Origin: Acidimicrobiia bacterium
GTDB taxonomy: Bacteria; Actinomycetota; Acidimicrobiia; Spongiisociales; JAHEDJ01
Reading direction: 5' to 3'
Assembly: GCA_035471805.1 (NCBI GenBank)
Contig: DATIPS010000058.1
Coordinates: forward strand, 1,533-65,532
DNA: 64,000 nucleotides
Made by a program: the position numbers and the translations under genes. Shown here in pieces: positions 54,253 to 64,000 of this stretch. Position 1 is the stretch's first letter; each line of letters begins with the position of its first letter. The notes under the pieces were generated by a model. That model was not told the DNA's origin. It did not search any database and worked only from the letters and a program-made list of their open reading frames with translations.

Positions 54253-55779
54253 TTGACGCCGCCGACAGGAAAGAGAGGCCGCCCGCGAACGGGGGACGTC
54301 ATCGCCGGGCTGAGTGTTGCCCTCATCCTCGTCCCGCAATCGCTGGCCTACGCCGAACTGGCCGGTTTGCCGCCCTTCGTTGGCCTGTACGCGGCTGCGC
54401 TGCCGCCCCTTGCCGCCGCCTTCCTCGCTTCATCCCCGTATCTCCAGACAGGGCCGGTGGCGATGACGGCCTTGCTGACCTTCGGAGCTCTGAGAGGGAT
54501 AGGGGCCGAGCCGGGCACCGCCGAGTACGTGGCGCTGGCCGCCTTGCTGGCGCTCATCGTTGGGGCGGTGCGGACCTTGATCGGGGTCGCCCGCGGCGGG
54601 TTTCTCGCCTACTTCATGTCGCAGCCCGTACTGATCGGGTTCACCTCTGCCGCGGCAATCCTCATTCTCTCCTCACAGTTCCCCACCGCGGTCGGCGTGT
54701 CGGCCCCGGCCTCCAGAATCCTCGGAAAGCTCTGGTGGACACTGACCCACTTCTCAGAATGGGATCCGGCGGCCGTCGTAATATCGCTGACGACCATCGG
54801 GCTGGTTGTAGGGGGGCGGAGGCTGCATCGGCTTTTCCCCGGCGTGTTGGTGGCAGTCATCGCAGGGATCCTCTACAGCACGATGTCCGGCTACGAAGGA
54901 TTCATCGTCGGAGACGTTCCGGCCGGCCTACCGCCCTTTTCGCTCGACCTGCCGTGGCATTCATTGCCGTCGCTGCTCGTCAGCGGTGTGGTCATTGCAC
55001 TCGTCGGGTTTGCCGAAGCGGCCGCCATCTCGCGCACGTTCGCCGCCCAGGATCGTCAGACCTGGAACCCGAGCAAGGAGTTCGTGAGCCAGGGCATCGC
55101 CAATCTCGCCTCCGGCATCTCGGGCGGCTTTCCGGTGGGCGGGTCGTTCTCCCGCTCGTCCGTGAATCGTCTGGCCGGTGGCAAGACCCGTTGGTCCGGT
55201 GCCGTCACCGGGATTGCGGTGCTGGCCTTCCTCCCGGTCGCCGGCGTGCTTTCTCCGCTACCCCAGGCAGTTCTCGCAGCCATCGTGATTTCTGCAGTCG
55301 CCCGCCTCATCCGGATCTCGCCTTTGTGGTCGATGTGGAGCTATTCGAAACCCCAGACCACGGTGCTGTGGACGACTTTCCTCCTGACTCTGATTCTCAG
55401 CCCTCGCATCGAGATCGCCGTGATTGTCGGGATCGGGCTCGGAATCCTCATTCACCTGTGGCGCGAGATCAAAATCGGCGTGCAAGCGAGCTACGACGGC
55501 GGGACGTTGCATCTGACACCGACCGGAGTCTTGTACTTCGGCTCTGCGCCGCAGCTGAATGAAGCGCTGCTGGCGTTGTTGACGAGCCATCCTGAGGCCA
55601 GAGCCATGGTATTCGATCTCGGCAATCTGGGTCGGATCGACTACACCGGCGCGCTCGTCCTCAAGAGCGTGGCGGACGAGGCAGTGGCTGCAGGACTCGA
55701 GATCTCATTCGAGAATGTTCCGCCGCAAACGAGGCGGATACTGGGCCGCGTGCTCGAGCAGAAGCTGCCGATTCCCTAG
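54253..55779 (+). CDS. SulP-family anion permease with C-terminal STAS domain
   Basis: TTG start; GLSVALILVPQSLAYA SulP N-terminal motif; C-terminal STAS. Confidence 0.8.
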   Translation: MTPPTGKRGRPRTGDVIAGLSVALILVPQSLAYAELAGLPPFVGLYAAALPPLAAAFLASSPYLQTGPVAMTALLTFGALRGIGAEPGTAEYVALAALLALIVGAVRTLIGVARGGFLAYFMSQPVLIGFTSAAAILILSSQFPTAVGVSAPASRILGKLWWTLTHFSEWDPAAVVISLTTIGLVVGGRRLHRLFPGVLVAVIAGILYSTMSGYEGFIVGDVPAGLPPFSLDLPWHSLPSLLVSGVVIALVGFAEAAAISRTFAAQDRQTWNPSKEFVSQGIANLASGISGGFPVGGSFSRSSVNRLAGGKTRWSGAVTGIAVLAFLPVAGVLSPLPQAVLAAIVISAVARLIRISPLWSMWSYSKPQTTVLWTTFLLTLILSPRIEIAVIVGIGLGILIHLWREIKIGVQASYDGGTLHLTPTGVLYFGSAPQLNEALLALLTSHPEARAMVFDLGNLGRIDYTGALVLKSVADEAVAAGLEISFENVPPQTRRILGRVLEQKLPIP

Positions 55780-55946
55780 CCGGGTCGAAGAACGCGAAAT
55801 CCAACCCCTCGACAACCCCGGCGAGTTGGTCGTACGATGAGGATCCGATCGGGATACGTAGGCGGCTGACGGGCCGATACAGAAGGGCTCTCACTGCCGG
55901 ACCACGGCGATGGGTGAGTGGGCACCAGGCGGTGTTCACGAAAGGG

Positions 55947-55980
55947 AAGCCCCGGGATGTTGCAACATCGCGGGGCTTCT
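55947..55980. terminator. strong GC-rich hairpin between convergent sulP and mpaB-like genes
   Basis: gaagccccgg-gatgttg-c-aacatc-gcggggcttc, ~16 bp stem with one mismatch. Confidence 0.4.
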
Positions 55981-56029
55981 CCGTGTGCGGACTCCCGTCT
56001 GTCGGGCGTTCGATCTCCCGCTGGCTGGC

Positions 56030-56965
56030 TCAACCGGCGGTCGGCGGGCTGATCGGCGGCGGCTGGCGGAAGAGTCCCGCCGGCACGGGCGATTCTGTTC
56101 TTATCAGAGCGAGGTTCCAGGAGGGAGAAGAGCCGAGCGCCCACCTGAGCACGCCGACGGTGCGGCGGCCGACCCAAACCGATCCCGGAACCCGCCGGAC
56201 GCCGAGTATCAGCCGCAACCGGGCCGGGACCGTTGCGACCGCCGCGTTGAAGAGGAGCTTGTAGCCGATTCGTTGTGACCTCGACAGCGGGGGGTCGCGA
56301 AGGAATCCGATGACCTCCTGCATGCCGGTGGACGAATCCAGATCCGGATGCTCGGAGACCCATGCCGACAGTGCGGCGGATTCGCCCGGCAGGGGATCAG
56401 CACTAAGCATCGATCCGACCATTGTCTGTTCGCTCACGAACAGGTCTGCCTCTTCGGACGTCAACCGGTCGCGTCCGAACACCTGGTAGGCGGTCATGAA
56501 TGATTCGGTGAGCGCATTGTGTACCCATGCTGCGAACTCGGGGGTGGCGGCCGTGTAACTCCGGCCCCTCGAGGACTTGCCGCGTACCGGGCGGTGCGCC
56601 CTTCGCACGACGTCAACGGCCTGCTCCACCTCGGGCATCGCGCCGTAGCAAGTAGCGGTCACATACGCCGACGTTCGGGAGAGTCTTCCGAGAGGATCGG
56701 ACCGGTAGGCGGAGTGGTCGGCCACCCCCGCCACCACCTCCGGATGCGCCGCCTGGATGAGCAACGCCCGAATCCCGCCGACGAATGCTGCAACGTCGCC
56801 GACCACCCGCCATGTCACCGAATCCGGACCGAATAGCCCGGGATCACCTCTGTAGTCCAGTGTCGAAGCCAGCGGGTAGCCGGCGTGGCTGAATGGATCG
56901 GTGACACCGGCCGTCAAGCGGCTGCGGATGTATTCAGCCGGTCGGGCAATGGTCGGGAGGGGCAT
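56030..56965 (-). CDS. MpaB-family (DUF2236) oxygenase-like protein
   Basis: ~310 aa; start at internal Met (MPLPTIARP); overlapping ORF 55776..56363 judged spurious. Confidence 0.55.
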   Translation of the reverse strand: MPLPTIARPAEYIRSRLTAGVTDPFSHAGYPLASTLDYRGDPGLFGPDSVTWRVVGDVAAFVGGIRALLIQAAHPEVVAGVADHSAYRSDPLGRLSRTSAYVTATCYGAMPEVEQAVDVVRRAHRPVRGKSSRGRSYTAATPEFAAWVHNALTESFMTAYQVFGRDRLTSEEADLFVSEQTMVGSMLSADPLPGESAALSAWVSEHPDLDSSTGMQEVIGFLRDPPLSRSQRIGYKLLFNAAVATVPARLRLILGVRRVPGSVWVGRRTVGVLRWALGSSPSWNLALIRTESPVPAGLFRQPPPISPPTAG

Positions 56966-57301
56966 GCCGAAAGTCTTCCACGCTCGCGCCGCAATCGGGA
57001 ATTCTCGAGCTGTTCCCCGGCCCAATCCATAGCCCCGGCGCCGGAAGCGAAGATCTCGATGGGTCTCTTCGTTTCCGTTGAGGGGATTGGCTTGGCCCTT
57101 GTCAGGCTGGTACCCGACCCGACAATGAGAGGTGCTGCGGGCTCTGATGATTCCACCGACGACGCGCCCAACGCCTCGCGGGCCGTCCGATCGGCATACC
57201 CGACGGGTCGGTGAGCCGGGTGCGCGGAGCGGTTTGCTCGATCCTGTAGGTCATCTCATGGCCGCCGCCACTCCGGAGCTCACTCGGCGGTGCGCAGTTT
57301 C

Positions 57302-60300
57302 TCAACTCGCATCGATGTTTGATGGTTGTCGGGACGAGGGGGGAAGGTGTGGCCCGGCCGGCCGCTGAGGAATCAGCCCCGCATCGAGAATCAGCTCTTG
57401 CAGCTCGGGCTCGAGGCGCGAGATCTCGAGTTCGAGTTCTACCCATGCGCCGCCGGCTCCCTGCCGGTCGCCGGCCCTGGCAACATCGTTCAGATCTCCG
57501 GCGGCTGCGGACACTGCGGTGGCCCCCAGCAGGCTGGAGCTGCCCTTCAGGCGGTGGGCAGCCTTGGCGACTGCACTCAAGTCTCCTTGGTCGATCCCGG
57601 TCTTGATGGCCCCGACCAGCTCCGGGAGCTCAACCATGAAGAGATCAGCCATTTCCGCGAGAACGTCGAGCATCCCCTCGACTCTGCCGAGGGCGTCCTG
57701 GCGGTCGAATACCCTTGGCCGGCCGGCTTGATCGGCGAAGCCGGACCGATCGGTGCGCGTCGGGTTGCCGGGCACCATCTGCTCGAGGGTGGCGAACAGC
57801 TCTTCCGCTCGGAAAGGCTTGGAGAGGAAGCCGTCCATACCGGCTTTCAGACATCTGTCTCGATCGGAATCCATCGCGTGAGCGGTGAGAGCGATGATGG
57901 GAATGTGGGTCTCGTCGTTCTCGTTGTCGCGAATGACCCGGGCCGCTTCGAGGCCGTCCATCCCCGGCATTTGGATATCCATCAGGACGGCGTCGAAGTT
58001 GCCCTCTGCGACCGACCGTACTGCCTCGTAGCCGTTCTCGACTGCGACCGCGACGTGCCCGCGTTTTTCGAGGAGCCTCAACGCAAGTCGCCGATTCGTG
58101 GGGCTGTCGTCGGCCACGAGGACCCGCATCCGTGTGCGCCGTTCCCGGATCCAATGGCGGGTAACCAGCTGATCGGGTCGGGACGGTCTGCTGAGAACCC
58201 TGACCATCTCGAGGAGCTCGGAGGCGTCATAGGGTCGAGCGAGGTATCCGGCCACACCGATCGATCTGTATTCGGCAGCTTCGCCGCGCCGGCCCGAACT
58301 CGGGCAGGCAATGATCGGGATGCCTGAGAACTCTCCGAGTCGCAATACCCGCGACGAAACCTCGAAAGTGGTTCGCTCGGTGTCGACGATGATGACGTTG
58401 GGTCGCCTGTTCAGCTGCTCGACCTCGAGCATCACGCTGACCGCAGTGGAGAGATCGGTCGCCCCGACCGACGCGACGTTGCCCTGTCGGAGCATCTCGA
58501 CGATGTTCCGCTGGGTGGCCGGCGAGTCCGTGATGAGGAGCGTCTGTATCTTCCCGGACGCAACCGGGCCGAGGGATTGGAGAAGAACGGCGGTGTCGTC
58601 GGCTACACCCAGAGTCGCTGTGAAGTGAAAGGTGCTGCCGGCTCCGAGGGCGCTCTCGACCCAGATTCTGCCGCCCATCTTCTCGACGAGTTCCGCGGTG
58701 ATCGTGAGCCCGAGGCCCGTGCCGCCGAAGCGGCGGGTGGTAGATCCGTCGGCCTGGGCAAAGGCTTCGAATATCTGTTCCTGCTTGTCTTCGGGTATCC
58801 CGACGCCGGTATCGGCTACCAAGACGTGCAGGTCGATGTCCGTGTCGGTGACTCTTTCCCCCTTGACGCTGACGAGAACACGACCGACATTGGTGAACTT
58901 GACCGAGTTACCGACCAGATTGAAGAGAATCTGGCGAAGTCGCCCGGGGTCACCGACGACCGCGTCCGGGAGCTGCGGGTCGAGTTCGTAGTCGAGTGAC
59001 AGTCCCTTTTCTGCCGCTCTCACTGCGATGGTCCGTATGGTGTCGCCGACCGTCTCGGTGAGACTGAACGGTATCTCCTCCAGCTCGAGCCGCCCTGCTT
59101 CGATCTTGGAGATGTCGAGAAGATCGTTGACGAGCGTTAGAAGGCCGTCTACAGACAGTTTCACCGTCCCCAGGTACTCACGCTGCTCGGCCGTGAGATT
59201 CGTGGAGAGGGTCAGTTCGGTCATTCCGAGAATGGCGTTCATAGGGGTGCGGATCTCATGACTGACGTTGGCCAGGAACTGCGACTTGGCGTCTGTGGCT
59301 CGCTCGGCCGTCTCCTTCGCTTCCCGCAGAGCAGTTTCCGCAGTCCGCCGCTTCTGTTCGGTTCGGATCGCGTCGGCGAGGCCTGCGACCGTGGCTACGA
59401 ACGGCTCCAGGTCCTCGGCGATTCGCGAGGTGTACCCGCCGGGACGGTTGGCGACGGCGAAGGCACCGGAAACCGATCCGTCCAGCCCGAAAGGTACGAC
59501 CATTACCGAATCGAGTGCGGAAGCATCGCCTGGGAACAGGGGGAGATCCTCAGCGTTCGGTCTGTCGGCTATCACGACTTCCCGGGTCCCGAGGGCCAGC
59601 CCGATCAGTCCTCCCGGCGCAGCCTGTTGGGTCTGCCCGGCCGGGTTCCAGCCTTCGCCCTGGGTGGCCTGGAGTTGCATCTGGCCGGCCTCGTCCATTT
59701 CGACGATTACCCCCCATGGGCTGGCGGTCAGGGTGAGCAGGTCGTCGAGGAGTGGCCCGAACTGGTGCAGGCGGTTGCCGTTGTCCTGGATGAACCGTCG
59801 CTGGGCTCTCGCCACGTGATCCAGCAGGGCGTTCTTCGCTGCCAGGTCGCGTTGGGCTCTCTTGAGCCGGGACACGTCGACGATCGAAAGCACGACGCGG
59901 CTCAGGTCCGGGTTGCCGTTGGTATGGAACGGCACCTCCCAGTGCATCACACAGTCGATGGGGTTCCCCCGGAGGGTTGATCCGGAGAAGTCGATGTAGA
60001 AACTCGATCGCTTCTCCCAAATGGCCAGGATCTGTTCGGTGAAGGCCAGATAGGTGCCGGCATCGATGGTTGTCGGGTTGATCGGTCCGATCAGATCGGC
60101 GCGACTGCCGGCCTCGACGAGGTCGACCGCCGCGTCGTTGACGTCGGTCACCTTTATGGCGGCGATGGCAGCCTCGAGGACCTCAGGATGGTCCCCGAGA
60201 TACGAGCGGAGGTCCTCGACACCGTCCCGGCGGAGGCGGTCGAGGATGGCTGCAGTGTCGAGATAGTTCTCCTGCCAGATCGAGGTCGGTGCGCTGTCGA

Positions 60301-60892
60301 ACAGAGAGCGGTAGCTGAGCTCGCTGGTTCTCACCGCGTTGGAGATCCTGTGGAGGGCGCCGGCGATGATCACGAAGACCGCGACCTGGAGAGCCATCGT
60401 GAAGAGGTGGGCTTCCCGGTCCCCGGCAAAGATCCCGGCGCCCCGGTCGGCCGCCCACACCAGCTGCAGCGCCCAGATCGTACCCAGGTAGGCGAGGTAC
60501 CATTTCTGGTGCTTCTTGGGTAGGAACAGCAGTCCAACCGCGCCGATCGCCGCTACTCCAACCAGCAGTGGGCTCCAACGCTCTGCCGGTTGGACCGGCA
60601 ACTGGAGCGCGGCCAGTGTGGCGACCACCAGAACCAGTTGCGGGGCGTTGATACTGCCGCGGTTGATCTGGAGAAAAGCAAAACCCGCGGTGACGATCGA
60701 CAGCGCCCCGAGGAAGCCGACACCCGCGTCTCTCGACAGGGTGGCGGCGATGATCAGCGGCACTCCGAGCGCGACTCCACCCCAACTGAGGCCGCGCACC
60801 ACCGTTCGCTCGATGGCGGATGCCGTGTCGTCGACGGCGTCGCGCGCCGCGGAGATATCTGTCCCGGCGCGTAGTCCCTGTAGCTCGACCAT
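57302..60892 (-). CDS. hybrid sensor histidine kinase: membrane domain-PAS-GAF-HisKA-HATPase-REC(degenerate)-REC-HPt
   Basis: 1196 aa; H-box [12 protein letters not shown]-boxes; canonical REC ([12 protein letters not shown]...[14 protein letters not shown]); HPt HRLKGSS. Confidence 0.85.
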   Translation of the reverse strand: MVELQGLRAGTDISAARDAVDDTASAIERTVVRGLSWGGVALGVPLIIAATLSRDAGVGFLGALSIVTAGFAFLQINRGSINAPQLVLVVATLAALQLPVQPAERWSPLLVGVAAIGAVGLLFLPKKHQKWYLAYLGTIWALQLVWAADRGAGIFAGDREAHLFTMALQVAVFVIIAGALHRISNAVRTSELSYRSLFDSAPTSIWQENYLDTAAILDRLRRDGVEDLRSYLGDHPEVLEAAIAAIKVTDVNDAAVDLVEAGSRADLIGPINPTTIDAGTYLAFTEQILAIWEKRSSFYIDFSGSTLRGNPIDCVMHWEVPFHTNGNPDLSRVVLSIVDVSRLKRAQRDLAAKNALLDHVARAQRRFIQDNGNRLHQFGPLLDDLLTLTASPWGVIVEMDEAGQMQLQATQGEGWNPAGQTQQAAPGGLIGLALGTREVVIADRPNAEDLPLFPGDASALDSVMVVPFGLDGSVSGAFAVANRPGGYTSRIAEDLEPFVATVAGLADAIRTEQKRRTAETALREAKETAERATDAKSQFLANVSHEIRTPMNAILGMTELTLSTNLTAEQREYLGTVKLSVDGLLTLVNDLLDISKIEAGRLELEEIPFSLTETVGDTIRTIAVRAAEKGLSLDYELDPQLPDAVVGDPGRLRQILFNLVGNSVKFTNVGRVLVSVKGERVTDTDIDLHVLVADTGVGIPEDKQEQIFEAFAQADGSTTRRFGGTGLGLTITAELVEKMGGRIWVESALGAGSTFHFTATLGVADDTAVLLQSLGPVASGKIQTLLITDSPATQRNIVEMLRQGNVASVGATDLSTAVSVMLEVEQLNRRPNVIIVDTERTTFEVSSRVLRLGEFSGIPIIACPSSGRRGEAAEYRSIGVAGYLARPYDASELLEMVRVLSRPSRPDQLVTRHWIRERRTRMRVLVADDSPTNRRLALRLLEKRGHVAVAVENGYEAVRSVAEGNFDAVLMDIQMPGMDGLEAARVIRDNENDETHIPIIALTAHAMDSDRDRCLKAGMDGFLSKPFRAEELFATLEQMVPGNPTRTDRSGFADQAGRPRVFDRQDALGRVEGMLDVLAEMADLFMVELPELVGAIKTGIDQGDLSAVAKAAHRLKGSSSLLGATAVSAAAGDLNDVARAGDRQGAGGAWVELELEISRLEPELQELILDAGLIPQRPAGPHLPPSSRQPSNIDAS

Positions 60893-61292
60893 GGCTAGAT
60901 ATTCGGCAGGTCGAGTAGCACCCTTGATTGCTTTCCCCGGGTCGGGGCATGCCGACCTCGAGGCGAAGGTGACGGTCCCGCGTTGTGGATGAAACAGGGC
61001 CCACGCCCTCGGCGCGGCTCGCCCGGTTTGTGTTCTTCCGTGTGTTCAGCCTCAGCGTCCGTCCGCCTTCGACCTGCCGGTGGGTTACGGCGTGGACGGG
61101 CTCCCGATCGTGAAATCTCCGAATAGGCGCGAATATGTCTTCCGCAGGATCGCCGTTCGGCTATGGTGGCGTCTCGATGAGCCACAAGCCGTTCGTTGAG
61201 AAGCCGCCCGAGGGGGCGGCCTTTTTTCTGCCCGGGACACGGTGCGCTGCCGCACCCGGCGCGGATCAGCGGCGAATCGAAGGAGATACGAC

Positions 61293-62270
61293 ATGACCAC
61301 GCTGCGTACCACCGAGCACCTTCCTTTCGGCGAGAAGAGGGATCCGCGATTCTTCGGAAGGGACATCCTCTCGGTCTCGCAGTTCGATCGCTCGGATCTG
61401 GACACCATCTTCGCGGTCGCCCATGAGATGCGCGGGATGGTCGAGCGCATCGGTTCATTCGACCTGCTCAAGGGCAAGGTCCTGACCAACCTTTTCTACG
61501 AGCCTTCGACCAGGACGTCTTCGTCGTTTGTGGCGGCGATCGAGCGTCTCGGGGGCAGCGTGATTCAGATCAACAACGTCACGTATTCGTCGGTCTCGAA
61601 GGGCGAATCCTTGCCGGACACCGTCAGGACTCTGGAGTCCTATTCGGACGCGATCGTTATCCGTCACCCTGAAAAGGGTTCTGCGGCCGAAGCTGCCGCA
61701 GCCGCCTCCAAGCCCGTGATCAACGCCGGCGACGGCCCGGGCGAGCATCCAACTCAGGCGCTGTTGGATGCGTTCACGATCCTGGCGGAGATGGGGACTC
61801 TCGACGGGCTCACCGTGACAATGCTCGGAGATCTCAAGTACGGGCGCACTGTTCATTCGCTGGCCAAACTCTTGACCATGTTCGACGTGAAGCTCAACTA
61901 CGTTTCGCCCGAGATACTCAAGATGCCGGCCGACCTCGTAGCTGAGGTTGGGGCGGCGGGAATCGCGCAACTGGAGACCCCCGACCTCGACGCGGTCCTG
62001 CCGGACACCGACGTCCTCTACGTCACCCGTATCCAGAAAGAGCGTTTTGAGAGCGTGGACGAGTACGAGTTGGTGAAAGACTCGTACGTGATCACTGCGG
62101 AGACCATGAAGCACGCCAAGGAGCAGATGGCCGTGCTTCACCCGCTGCCCCGTGTCGGTGAGATCGCCATGGAGGTCGACGACGATCCCCGCGCTGCCTA
62201 CTTCCGGCAGATGGAGTACGGCATGTACGTCAGGATGGCCCTGCTGGCGCTGGTGCTCGGCCGGGCCTGA
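61293..62270 (+). CDS. pyrB: aspartate carbamoyltransferase catalytic subunit
   Basis: AAGGAG RBS; STRTS (carbamoyl-phosphate site), HPTQ and HPLPR motifs. Confidence 0.8.
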   Translation: MTTLRTTEHLPFGEKRDPRFFGRDILSVSQFDRSDLDTIFAVAHEMRGMVERIGSFDLLKGKVLTNLFYEPSTRTSSSFVAAIERLGGSVIQINNVTYSSVSKGESLPDTVRTLESYSDAIVIRHPEKGSAAEAAAAASKPVINAGDGPGEHPTQALLDAFTILAEMGTLDGLTVTMLGDLKYGRTVHSLAKLLTMFDVKLNYVSPEILKMPADLVAEVGAAGIAQLETPDLDAVLPDTDVLYVTRIQKERFESVDEYELVKDSYVITAETMKHAKEQMAVLHPLPRVGEIAMEVDDDPRAAYFRQMEYGMYVRMALLALVLGRA

Positions 62271-62313
62271 GCCTTGGGCGGTCGGGCGACCCGTCGGACG
62301 GGGTCGGCGAGGG

Positions 62314-63591
62314 TCAGCGGCTGAAGCGGTCGAGTATCCGGTAGCCGGCGGCCGCTGCCGGGAGGAACCACGGCCGAGATCGGTAGTACCACCGGTGGGG
62401 ATGTCCGATCTCGGCGAACGGGCTTCGGTCGATCTCACCGATCATCAGACGAGCGACCTCGTCGCCCAGGTAGGTGCCTAGTCCGAGTCCGTGGCCGCCG
62501 TATCCGAGCGTGTACCAGATTCCGTCGATGGTGCCGATGTGCGGCATCAGATCGAAAGTGGCGGCGAGGCGTCCGTTCCACACGTGGGTGATCGGCACGT
62601 CCTCCAGCTCGGGGAAGAACTCGACTATTCGACGGCCGAGATCCCGTCCGCTCTCCAGGAGGTCGAGGTCGGGGGACATGTTCCGGCGGCCGCCCATGAG
62701 AATCCTGTTGTCCGGTGTCCGCCGGAAGTAGTTCAGCAACCGGCGCGCCGTCCAGGCCATTCTGTTGCCGGGGATGAGGCGTTCGGCCAGTTCGGGCGGC
62801 AGCGGTTCGGTGACCGCGGAATAGCTGCCGATTGGTATCACTCCGCGTCGAAGGCCGGGCACCAGATGCCCGGTGTAGCCGTTGGTGGCCACCAGCACTT
62901 GCGGTGCAGCCAGCATGCCTCGCCCGGTGCGTACCGAGAACCGGCTGCCGGAGCGCTCGATCGACTCAACGGGTGCATGCGGAACGAGCGATGCACCGGC
63001 CTCCAGCAGCTGCTCGGCGAGTCCGAACGTGTACCGGGCGGGATGGACGCCTGCGCTGGTCGGCTCGGTCAGGGCCCCTGAGAACCGGTCGCTGCCGATC
63101 ACCGACCTCATCTCGTTTCCGGAGTGGAACATCAGGTCCAGTCCGGTCGCCTGCCGGTGCCAGGCCTGTTCCTCCCGCAGGAGTCCGACGTCTCGCTCGT
63201 TGTATCCGAGTTCGAGCGACCCCGACCGGGAGAAATCGCAATCGATTCCGGACGCCACCTCCTCGACGACATCGATAGCGCGCATCGACGCGTCCCACAA
63301 TTCCTGGGCGAGGGCGGGCGGATAGTTGGCGAACACCGATCTTGCGGAGGCCTTGAGCCCGTAGATGACCATGCCGCCGTTGACCGCACTCGCTCCGCCG
63401 GCCAGCTCGAGAGAATCCAGAACCACGACCGATTTGCCGGCCGCCCGGAAACGGCGCGCGGCCGCGAGCCCGGTGATTCCTGAGCCGACGATCGCTACGT
63501 CGCAGTCTGCCGGCAGGTTGGAACCTGCGGCGAGTTGATCGGAACGAGGCCGGTCTTCCGTCCAGAAGGAAACTGTGAGCGGCGGGCTCAT
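62314..63591 (-). CDS. FAD-dependent oxidoreductase (DAO family)
   Basis: VAIVGSGITGLAAA dinucleotide-binding motif; start at internal ATG 63591. Confidence 0.75.
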   Translation of the reverse strand: MSPPLTVSFWTEDRPRSDQLAAGSNLPADCDVAIVGSGITGLAAARRFRAAGKSVVVLDSLELAGGASAVNGGMVIYGLKASARSVFANYPPALAQELWDASMRAIDVVEEVASGIDCDFSRSGSLELGYNERDVGLLREEQAWHRQATGLDLMFHSGNEMRSVIGSDRFSGALTEPTSAGVHPARYTFGLAEQLLEAGASLVPHAPVESIERSGSRFSVRTGRGMLAAPQVLVATNGYTGHLVPGLRRGVIPIGSYSAVTEPLPPELAERLIPGNRMAWTARRLLNYFRRTPDNRILMGGRRNMSPDLDLLESGRDLGRRIVEFFPELEDVPITHVWNGRLAATFDLMPHIGTIDGIWYTLGYGGHGLGLGTYLGDEVARLMIGEIDRSPFAEIGHPHRWYYRSRPWFLPAAAAGYRILDRFSR

Positions 63592-64000
63592 CCCCTTCGC
63601 CGCTGCAATCGGATGTTGAGCAACATGATCGAAACGGTGATGAAGAAGATCGCCGCACCGAAGACGTTCACCTGCGCCGGGACGCCGACGCGTGCGGCAC
63701 CCCAGATGAACAGCGGGAAGGTGATCGTGTTGCCCGAGTTGAAGTTGGTGATGATGAAGTCGTCGAACGAAAGTGCGAACCCGAGCAGGAACGCCGCCAT
63801 CACGCCGGGCAGGATCATCGGCAGGGTTACCTTCCGGAAGGTCGTCCATTCATTCGCATAGAGATCCATGGCTGCTTCCTCGAGATGTCGATCGAATCCG
63901 GCGAGCCTTGCCTTGACGGTCACCACCACGTAGCTGATGTTGAACATGATGTGAGCGATGACGATCGTTGCGAATCCGCGGGCAACGCCCAGGACGAGGA
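63588..64000 (-). CDS. ABC transporter permease (PotB/PotC-like), C-terminal part; 5' end outside window
   Basis: EAA-loop region and C-terminal TM helices. Confidence 0.55.
   Translation of the reverse strand, partial: LVLGVARGFATIVIAHIMFNISYVVVTVKARLAGFDRHLEEAAMDLYANEWTTFRKVTLPMILPGVMAAFLLGFALSFDDFIITNFNSGNTITFPLFIWGAARVGVPAQVNVFGAAIFFITVSIMLLNIRLQRRRG

Noticed and set aside
55776-56363. 195-aa minus-strand ORF overlapping the mpaB-like gene region
   Set aside because: Different frame of the same strand; composition non-protein-like; the MpaB frame gives a conserved DUF2236 sequence.
57326-58327. 333-aa plus-strand ORF antisense to the hybrid histidine kinase
   Set aside because: Shadow ORF within a gene with unambiguous HK/REC/HPt motifs.

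Overview
High-GC actinobacterial-type chromosomal segment, gene-dense, with about 60 protein genes, 2 tRNAs, and no rRNA, CRISPR array, integrase or transposase detected. The first ~7.3 kb is a conserved housekeeping block on the + strand (radA-disA-carD-[PIN/TRAM yacL-like]-ispD-ispF-cysS-rlmB). Its CarD carries an unusual N-terminal lysine/alanine/proline-rich histone-H1-like tail built from a 69-nt tandem nucleotide repeat. The middle of the window holds a ferritin-like protein followed by a GT4 (with N-terminal extension) and GT1 glycosyltransferase pair. It also holds a tRNA-Thr(UGU) with a degenerate duplicated 3' half 1.2 kb away that brackets a tiny insertion, and a complete liv-type branched-chain amino-acid ABC operon. 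Further along are an AlaX-type editing protein, a CvpA-CAP fusion, a WS/DGAT next to tRNA-Arg(CCU), a GGDEF-EAL-GAF membrane protein, a NYN-LOTUS protein upstream of a tryptophanase/tyrosine-phenol-lyase gene, glutamate dehydrogenase, a ClC channel, a Bpa-like proteasome-activator homolog and an ABC-2 exporter. The most interesting region is 45.0-55.8 kb. It appears to be a compact, divergently organised sulfur oxidation / persulfide-detoxification locus. One arm is DsrE-TusA-[fused FeS + NrfD-like membrane anchor]-molybdopterin oxidoreductase without a Tat signal (SoeABC-like). The other arm is an ArsR-family (BigR/SqrR/CstR-like) regulator with a rhodanese-MBL (persulfide-dioxygenase-like) fusion, a DUF202 membrane protein and a SulP/STAS permease. 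Perfect palindromes sit in both promoter regions. The window ends with an orphan hybrid histidine kinase (HisKA-HATPase-pseudoREC-REC-HPt), a stand-alone pyrB, an FAD oxidoreductase and a truncated ABC permease. All calls rest on reading the ORF translations and motifs by eye; no database search was possible.
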